Shown in pieces: positions 52,690-61,565 of a DNA stretch of 64,000 bases. The DNA lies in NCBI RefSeq assembly GCF_006345805.1, contig NC_043001.1:104346001-104410000 (forward strand). Reading direction: 5' to 3'. The stretch comes from Octopus sinensis (lineage: Eukaryota). The position numbers and the translations under genes are program-made. The notes beneath the pieces were generated by a model, which ran no database searches, was not told the DNA's origin, and saw only the letters and a program-made list of their open reading frames with translations. Within the stretch, counting starts at the first letter, position 1. The number at the start of each line of letters is the position of its first letter.

Positions 52690-55600
52690 TTAAACACGTT
52701 TGTTAGAAGGGGCAGGTAAGTTTCCATGATATTTTGGTAGCCCTGTCTCAGACTTGTAAGGATTTCCATGTATGTTGTTCAACCTCAACATCTGAAGGAA
52801 AAAACAAATGGATGGAGAGGGAACTGCTGATTTCGTCCAAATGCATGAAGGTGAGAGAATTCATACTAAAAGCACCCAAGAAGCAGATGGTGGTGTTAAA
52901 GTGAGTGGTATGTAAGACCTGTATCCAGTTTTCTGATAAAACAAAGGACTTTGATCAAAACAAAACAGCTGGTCATCTTATGTCCATATGAAGGAAAATA
53001 ACGACCTATAGATTGGAAATCATCATCATCATCATAGTTTTAATATACACATTTCATAGCTTACATGGATCTGGCAAAATTCATTCATATAGTATTTTTA
53101 CAGTGTAAGGATTTAATGTGTGTCCTTGGTCTTTAGACTCTCATGGAAAGACAACTGGAGCTAAACAACAATAACTGTAATAGCCACAAAAGTCACAATC
53201 AATGCTGTTGCTGCTACTGGTGGTTGTGCTGCTGCTGCTACCCCTACTACTTTAAAAAAGGAATACCACCAGCATTTCACCTTCAAAAGCAAAATAATGC
53301 TAAATCTGAAAACAACTTTTAAGGTCTCTGGTTTGTGATATAACAGATGAGAGATAACAAGTCTGTGGTTAGGATGCTTGTCTCTTTCAATTCAACATTA
53401 ACAGAGGATCTTCTAACTTATTTCCAAGACCTACACAAACTCAATATGCTGCCTCGTACAAAATAAATAAGAACTAACCTTGTTACTTCCAAAATGTTTT
53501 TTCGCTAATTTCCTGTGAAAGAAATAAAGGAACACACATTATCATGACTATTGTGATCATCATCACAATCTTTACATCTTCAGACAAAGACAAAAAACCT
53601 ACGATTATAACATTTTGTGCAATTAATTCTATCTTTAGACATGAATTCTTTGAACCTAGATTTGAACTTCATTTCAATTACTTTAATCTCAGAACCTCAT
53701 TAGGAGTTTTATTCTTGGCTATTAATATTTATCTCTCAGCAAAGACTGAAATACTGGTTTCAAAGGCCTGCAATTTCGGGGGAGGGGTAAGTCAATTACA
53801 TCAACATGTAACCACAGGCAAGTGTCTTCTGCTATAGCTTTGGGAAACTGAAAGAAGCCTGCCACACACACGTGTGTGTATGTGTGTGTGTGTGCATCTT
53901 TGTTTGTCCTGAACCATTGCATGACAACCAGTGTTGGTGTGTTTATGCTCCCATAATCTAGCAGTCCACCAAAAATGATCAACAGAATAAGTACCAATCT
54001 TAAAAACAATAGGTACAGGGGTTGAGTCATTCCATTAAAAATTCTGAAAGGTGGTACCCCAGCATGATCAACTGGTACTTATTTTATCGACCTTGAATGG
54101 ATGAAAGGCAGTTAACCTTGGCAGAATTTCTACTCAGGAAGTGAAGATGGACAAAATACCACTAAGCACTTTGCCTGGCATAGTAACAATTCTGCCAGCT
54201 CACCACCATAGCAAACACAGAAATATTGAACTGATGTCACTACTGGCCTTACTAATTGCATTATTGGTAAGACGTATATGTCCTGATTCTTTGATTCTCA
54301 TGAGTTTTCCACTTTGGAATTACAGAATCTTCATTCTATAGCATTATATTAATTCATTTCTCACTCCATATGTATTAAAATGTTTATTCTGTCATTAAGG
54401 CTTTTCTTCCATCCCAACCTTTAGAACCTCGCAGTGTTTCATATACAAGGCCCTCCATAAATGCATGGCATGTTATAAATGCAGTTTTAATGTTCCAAAT
54501 GAAACAATGCAGATGGAGATGCATAAAAAACCATTTTCATCTCAAAAGATGAAGTTAATAATCTGAAAAATATATAATCACATCTGCAATAAATCATCTC
54601 AAACATTTACATATTTAAGAAACATTATTCTCAAATTCAAAATACAGCCTTTCTCATTTACAAAACAAACAGCCAAAGAAACAAAGAAATACAGAAAACA
54701 TGTTACTGTGGACCTGTTTAGTTCTGTAGAGTGTTAGAGTAATGAAGAATGAGGGCAGACTGGAGTTTATATTCTAGTGGTCCTTGTGGTGTAAATGGAC
54801 ACCATACAGATTAATGAACCAAAGCTACATAGAAATCATAAAAGAGGATCACACCCTCAACAGGTCTGAGGTGTAGAATAACACTTGGGGCATTTGCTTG
54901 CTCATTTTCATATGCATAACAATTTGTCTCCTCATAAAATATTATCAATTAAGCACCAAAGATAACCTTTGCAGCATGTAGAGTCCACTGACTTTGGTTG
55001 TTGTTGTACATCATAACAACGTATTCCCAAAGATGATCATGTCTCTGAAGACTGGTCCTTAGGATTCACTTTAACCATGAACAATTCAAAATGATGTGAA
55101 TAAAGAAGCTTTACATTTGCCAGAGTAATCTCATTGCTAAACAGTTAATCATTGTATATTTTTGTAGTATTATCATATTTAATGATGCATATTTTTATGT
55201 CCTTTTAGACTGTATTATTTTCAAAATACAACTCATAAGAATTTAACGATATAATTTCTCATAAATTATTTTACACACATTTGTATTAAGCTTAATATCT
55301 TAAATTTCAAACTGAGAAAGCTAAGATATATCCAGGAAATACAGGAAAACATTGATTGAATCCATCAAACGATTGAGTTTGAATTTCAAATGTAGCTTAA
55401 AATAGTATTTGTTTGTTCTTCTGCTCTCAACACTTCTTGATGATAGCAATCTGTGAAAATATCTCAATTTTAAATTTTAAACTGAAAAAAGGGAGAAATA
55501 AATTCATTCATTCACCTAGCCGTCATATCCACCCACTATTTGCTGTCAGGTTAGAGTATCGCATCTATAGGGTCTAATCAGAAGTGACCATCACTAGACT

Positions 55601-58081
55601 GCCTGACTGGATTTCCAAGAATGACCAACTGAGACAATATTTTGCTCCACCAATTGGCTTGGCTTGAAGAGTCCATCTAGTGATTCTTTCATGCAACATT
55701 CTAATCCGGTACCAGAGATGAAACTCTTCAATGGGCAGAAGTAGAAGTTTGCCCTGGAGAGACTCCCTAGCCTCCAAGCTATGCATCTTGTCAAGTAACA
55801 TTACTCTAGAGACCTTTTGGTACACTGTGGCATGAAAAGTTGCAGCAGAGGCAGTAAAAAAACTCCAAGACTAAGTCATATAAGAACTCTGGGTTTAAGC
55901 TGGACTCTGATATTAGGTTGATCAATAAAGTACAAGGTGGTATCAAAAAGTTTCCAGACTAGTTCTGTAGCATGCCAACAGATAGTAGTAGAAAGCTGCA
56001 CGTGCAGTGAGAGCTAGCAGTGACCTTTATGAGTTAGTGTGCAGATTGACATCTCGATGTTTACTTTGTAAATTGTGGAATTTGTGTTTTTGTGATCATA
56101 TGTATATTGTATATTTTTGTCAATGGATAGGAAGTTGGAACAAAGAGCCAATGTTTAGAGACAAAGAGCCAATGTTTAGATACCTATATCTTTACATTGG
56201 TTTTAAATTTTGGCACAAGACCAAGAGAGCTAAGTCAATTACAATAACCCCAGTGGTCAAATGCTATTTATTCTCTCAACCCCAAAAGGTGAAAAGCAGA
56301 GAATTTGAACCCAGAATGTAAAGAAGCACGACATGCCACTAAGCATTATGCTAAAGACTCTGCCAGCTTGCCACCTTATATATGTATCTCTATATTGTTA
56401 TATTTATGCATCACTATTAGACTGGATGAAAAATGCAACTTTTGAAATTGGTAACCAAGAATCGATATTTTGTTGCGAATTTGTGTTTAAAGAAAGGTGT
56501 ATGAAAATGCTTGTGATTAAATATTTTTTTCAGGCTTTGAAACGCAATTGAAAATTTTAAAAATCGCCATTTTTGGTTGAAGTTTGGATCTCATGGATTA
56601 TAAGTTGTAAGGAATACATATTTCTACATAGCAGAATGCAAAACAGTAAATATAGTATTTTTAAGAGGTTGCATACCAAGTTTCAATACAATTGACTAAT
56701 ATCTTGAGGTTTCACATTGACTGTAAAGAGAACAAGAGAGTGAATTTCTCTCCAGTGCCACTGCAACAGTTATTGTGTGTGGACATACGTCGTACATGTG
56801 TGAAGTTTTCTGCTTTGTACCTTGACTTTAGGCCATTGTATTAAAATTAATGATCATTTTAAATATAGTGTTGATTACATTTAGTGATGACTCATAAGCC
56901 AATAATACATCATGATACTGACTGCCCAATATTTGGTATTCTATGTGATTTAAAGAGCAAGTTTTGCCAACTTACAAGGATGAACTAAAATGTGCTTTAT
57001 TTGAATGAGAAAAAGAAAAGAACGTAGTTAACAGAGATCTTTCAATTAAATAAATTGTCAAAATTGTAGCAGAAAAGATAATTCTTCTTTAGCAAAAGGC
57101 ATCCAATATTTGTGTTATGACTGAGTCAGTTAAACTTGAAAATCTTGATCTTAAAGTACCATGCATTACTAAAATTTGTGAAAAATAGAAAAAATGTGCC
57201 ATCATTTCAAACAAAGTGTAATGTGTTTATAAACAATGCAACAAAAGATTTGACATTTCCTGTTTCAAGTGCAACGCCTTTAAAAACTGTAGTTGTAGTA
57301 GAGCCAAGTACAGGATCAATGAACAAATTGAAAAATGATCATTGGTGGAATAGATCAAGCAGTATCTAAACAGTACATGCAGAGCCTAATTAGAAAGAAT
57401 CAGCCAGATCACAGTCGCCTTTCTGTGTCAGCAAAGGAAAGTTTCAGATTTTCAGCTTAACTCGCTCAATCATAACACAAGGGATGGATGCATTTTGCCT
57501 AAGAAAAATTATCTTTTCTGCTACAATCTTGACAATTTATTTAATTTATTTTAATGAGTGTGTAATCTAGACCTCATGTAACAGATATATTTAGTGAACT
57601 AGTTTAAAAAATGATAAAGAAAACAAAGTCGAGAAGTCTATTTATTTCACACAATTTTGAAATTTCAAGTACATGGTGGAGCCTAAAGATATAAATATTA
57701 GAGCTTGAGATTTTAACACTCTGGTTTTTAAAGGATTTCGCAAAAGAAAATCGATTTGTAACAAGGAATTTAGAATGGCAAATGAGTTATAAATTGATAT
57801 TTTGTTCATTATTCAAAATTTCAAATGGGCTGCGGAGCCTCAAGATGTAAATTTAATAACTTCAACTTTTAACTTTTTAAAGGAGTTTGCAATAAAAGAT
57901 ATATTCTTGAAAAGATATTTTGAAAATCTGTGTAAAAAGTACCTTTTTGCTCCACTCTAATTGCTATGTCTTTATTTCAATAAAGTAAAAATTGAACAAA
58001 ATGTAATAAAAATATTTACTTAGCTCTTTCTCTTTCAATATATGGAAAACGGCACAGTTCAGTCCAAAAATTTCCTAAGCC
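52690..58081 (-). CDS. Cassette U2: X 58081-58020 + Z 53512-53479 + T 52791-52690; GLGNFWTELCRFPYIERERAK|KLAKKHFGSNK|MLRLNNIHGNPYKSETGLPKYHGNLPAPSNKRV*
   Basis: tatttgcag|GGCTTA..GCTAA|gtaaat (62 nt); ctttcacag|GAAATT..AACAAG|gttagt (34 nt); ttttccttcag|ATGTTG. Phases are compatible. Confidence 0.7.
55935..56130 (+). mobile_element. Left-end fragment of a second mariner family
   Basis: TIR caaggtggtatcaaaaagtttccagactagtt, matching the right TIR at 63210-63241. Confidence 0.7.
56900..57546. mobile_element. Unclassified DNA-transposon-like remnant with 61-bp inverted repeats (57044-57104 / 57486-57546)
   Basis: Inverted repeat seen directly; transposase-like residues VLPTYKDELKC and FDISCFKC. 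Confidence 0.4.
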
Positions 58082-58203
58082 CTGCAAATATTCAAAATGA
58101 AAGCATATGCTTAGACTTTTATAATAAACTGAATGATTTAACATCTGCAGTTCTATTTTAAACCATGTAATTGACTCTTCAATCAAACTGGATATTGCCT
58201 CAC

Positions 58204-58315
58204 TTCCTGAAGCAATTGATTGTTTTGCTTCTCTACATCCACAGCAACATCAAATTTCAGATATTTCAAGAACATTGGAATAATTCCAGAACAAATTCTT
58301 TCAACCAGCTTAGGA
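58204..58315 (-). CDS. Candidate exon W upstream of X in U2 (PKLVERICSGIIPMFLKYLKFDVAVDVEKQNNQLLQE; or a short 29-nt form 58232-58204)
   Basis: ttttcctacag acceptor, open 37-codon frame, GAA|gtgagg donor in phase 0, matching exon X. The paralogous copy at 46529-46640 keeps the frame but its acceptor is mutated to CG. Confidence 0.35.
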
Positions 58316-58602
58316 CTGTAGGAAAATTAAAGTAATCATTTCTAAACAATGCACAAGATCACACATTTTGTAGGGGTCTAATTATTTGCAACACAGAGCT
58401 CGACTAATAAAGGAATGTGGTTTACTAATTAGGGTTTTAACTTCACAATTATAAAGTAATGGTTTTGCTTCCTGGACCAAGAGGCACATTATGCCCCTGA
58501 GTAAAACGGTACAGTAAATTTCCCTCTAATCTACTTAGCTGACAATATGCAACAACTGAGTGATGCTGGAGCCCTCTCTCAATCCAGCTATAAGGTCCTC
58601 AC

Positions 58603-58652
58603 TGTTGGGTGAAAGGTAGGATGGTTGAGGAGTTGTTTGTATTGAATTGTCA
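58603..58652 (-). CDS. Candidate 50-nt exon E (phase uncertain); near-identical copy at 46928-46977
   Basis: gtctatgcag acceptor and ACA|gtgagg donor. Phase-1 reading is (L)TIQYKQLLNHPTFHPT; phase-2 reading is DNSIQTTPQPSYLSPN. Confidence 0.3.
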
Positions 58653-58939
58653 CTGCATAGACACATAAAACACTTAGTGAAAGTATAGTTTCATTCTACC
58701 AGGTCATATTATTTTGTGTGAGATAGCTATGGGGTTATTTCGTTAAATACCTTGACTAATATATTATTTCTGAAATCAGAAAAGATGAAAGACAAAATTG
58801 ACAAATGTGAGATTCAAAATCAGTCAATAATCCTCCACTTCATGAAAAGAAGTTGCAAAATATTAATTGGATCTTGCAGTATCCAGATATACTATTTGTG
58901 TAAGGAAAGAAGAAAAAATGGTAACAGCTTCAGCAACAT

Positions 58940-59850
58940 TGATGAAAGATAAAATTGACTACTGTGGAATTCTTTCAAGTGTTCTGCTGTTCACTGCATT
59001 CACAACTCAAGTTTCACAACCTTTAGCATTGCTTTTCATAGATAGGCATTGTATAATCAACTTTTCTTTCTTGAAAGTGAGGCTTCTTGTTACCAACAGA
59101 TGTAAAAGTTCTGTAATCTTCCTCCCATCATCATCATCATCGTTTAGCGTCCGCTTTCCATGCTAGCATGGGTTGGACGGTTCAACTGGGGTCTGGGAAG
59201 CCAGAAGGCTGCACCAGGCCCAGTCTGATCTGGCAATGTTTCTACGACTGGATGCCCTTCCTAACGCCAACCACTCCGTGAGTGTAGTGGGGGCTTTTTA
59301 CGTGCCACTGGCACGGGTGCCAGACTCATCTGGCAAACGGCCACGATTGGATGGTGCTTTTTACGTGCCACTGGCATGGGGGCCAGGCGAGGCTGGCAAC
59401 GGCCACGAACGGATGGTGCTTTTTACGTGCCACCGGCACGAGGCCAGTTGGGGCGGTGCTGGCAACGGCCACATTCAGATGGTTCTCTTACGTGCCACCG
59501 GCACTAGTATCACAGCTGCAATTTCCATTGATGTTGATCGATTTCGATCCCGTTAATTAGTATTCTTGCAACAATACTTTCAGAGCATCCTTTTCCATAG
59601 CTAATCTCATTGCCTAGATTATAGAAACTATTTACTATTTCTAAGGTGACATACTATTTACTGCTCTTGTACATCTGCCACAAACATTCCATTTTTTCTG
59701 TTAACCTCCCTGTGATCCCACTGCACCTCCTATGTGACCATAATCTGCAATGAGCATATGATAAGTGATCTCTATCTACACCCATGTACTTCTGGCCATT
59801 TAGCTAAAAGGATTAGTGTTCTGTCTGTTCTCCTGCTAATTAGAACTTTA
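58940..59850 (-). mobile_element. Old RTE remnant split by a younger RTE 3'UTR insertion (59127-59545)
   Basis: Degenerate ELLHLLVT..GCET motif and Cys-rich GRWP region on either side of the insert. Confidence 0.65.
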
Positions 59851-60229
59851 GTCTTCGCTAAGTTATAAAAATAGAATAAATTTTTGTCTTTGAAATCAAT
59901 GGTGCTGCGTGGCTGAAAATGTTTTTTTTATGGAAGACCAGGTGTTGCCTATGCATGTGTAAAGGGAACTGGTTGCTTCTTTACACTTTTGGGGTGCAAC
60001 TTGGGTGCAATACAATTTCCTTTCTTTTTGTTTCTAGAAACTACCAGTCAGGAACGAAAAGCAAGTTTAAAAATATATATAATTCTTTATTTTCTGTTTC
60101 GACAATGAAACACGATGGTATGCTGATATCCACCTAGTTCAACGCAGCAAGGCTGAATTCAAACGTTTGTAAGCTTTACAACAATTCAGCAGCAGTAGAA
60201 CAGGTTAAATCCTAAGTGTCTGGGACAGG

Positions 60230-60550
60230 AGAATAGGCTGATCACAGGATTCAAAATATACGTCTTTTCTCTTCGATCGCCATGTCGCAAGTCCCCGACG
60301 CAATTAAGGAACGCTATAGAATTTATTCTTCAGTCTCTAGCGCATGTGCATGGGGAAACTTCCTTATGCCTTTCCAGAAGGTTCCAACCCCGCACACGCA
60401 CACTGAAGAAAGACGTTCGGCACACGCACACTGAAGAATGACGTTGCGTGTGCGCACACTGGAATATGACGTCACTACAAAGGTGACGTTCCGCACACGC
60501 AAACTGAAGAATGACATTGTGTGTGCGCACACTGGAACATGACGTCACTA
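60230..60550 (-). promoter_or_regulatory. CpG-rich promoter-like patch with two perfect CRE palindromes (TGACGTCA at 60467-60474 and 60540-60547) in a 73-bp tandem repeat; possible first exon ATG at 60283 (MAIEEKR, donor after 60262)
   Basis: CG dinucleotides are locally abundant in otherwise CpG-poor DNA. Repeated gcacacgcacactgaagaatgacgtt units, a GCGCATGTGC NRF1-like motif, and cgacATGG context on the minus strand. Confidence 0.4.
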
Positions 60551-60554
60551 CACA

Positions 60555-60860
60555 TGTAATCCTTTGCAGTGCTATAAACTAGCACTCTGTCGGTTACAAT
60601 GACAAAAGTTCCAGGTGATCTGATCAATGGATAAGCCTGCTTTTGAAATTAATGTGCAAGTGGCTGAGTACCCCACAGACACACATATTCCTAATGTAGT
60701 TCTCAGGGAGAGTTAGTGTGACACAGGATGTGATTAAGTTGGCAGCTTTTGAATTACAGGTAGAACTCATATTTGTCAGCTGAGTGGAACATGAAATAAA
60801 GTGTCTTGCTCAGGGACACAATATGCCGTTGGGTATTGAATTCACAGCCTTATGAACAGT
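60555..60860 (-). mobile_element. Degenerate SINE related to the 4.1-kb family
   Basis: ccagctgagtgga..tgaaataaagtgtcttgctcagggacaca core. Confidence 0.6.
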
Positions 60861-60955
60861 GTAGCCAAGGGAAATGTGAAGACTGATACAACTTGGCTTC
60901 AGTATCATCAGATGTTTCTGTCAGTAGCTAAAAAAAAAACAAAAAAAAAAACAAA

Positions 60956-61355
60956 GGCGCAGGAGTGGCTGTACGGTAAGTAGCTTGCTAACCAACCACA
61001 TGGTTCCGGGTTCAGTCTCACTGCGTGGCATCTTGGGCAAGTGTCTTCTGCTATAGCCCCAGGCCGACCAATGCCTTGTGAGTGGATTTGGTAGATGGAA
61101 ACTGAAAGAAGCCTGTCGTATATATGTATATATATATATGTGTATGTGTGTGTGTGTTTGTCCGCCTAGCATTGCTTGACAACCTATGCTGGTGTGTTTA
61201 CGTCCCCGTCACTTAGCGGTTCAGCAAAAGAGACCAATAGAATAAGTACTGGGCTTACAAAGAATAAGTCCCGGGGTCGATTTGCTCGACTAAAGGCGGT
61301 GCTCCAGCATGGCCGCAGTCAAATGACTGAAACAAGTAAAAGAGTAAAAGAGAGA
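60956..61355 (+). mobile_element. Full-length young CORE-type SINE (OR2-like); other copies or fragments at ~3400, 14890, 15700, 17330, 17515, 25570, 27955, 28630, 48720, 52060
   Basis: ggcgcaggagtggctg head with A/B boxes, catcttgggcaagtgtc core, ggcggtgctccagcatggccgcagtc..aaacaagtaaaagag tail. Confidence 0.85.
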
Positions 61356-61565
61356 GAGTAAACCAGGAAACCCTCATCTGAAGCATTGTCAATTTTTGTA
61401 ATCAATTGCTCTCGGTTGGAACTACTATTATCAAACAAGAAAGAATGAAAATTAAAGTCACTTTTAAATGTTTAGAACTAAAACAAATACAGCAAGGCAT
61501 TCTCTCTGATGCCCAAACTAATTGGTCAAAATAATATCATAGAAATAAATAGAGTATCAACTAAC

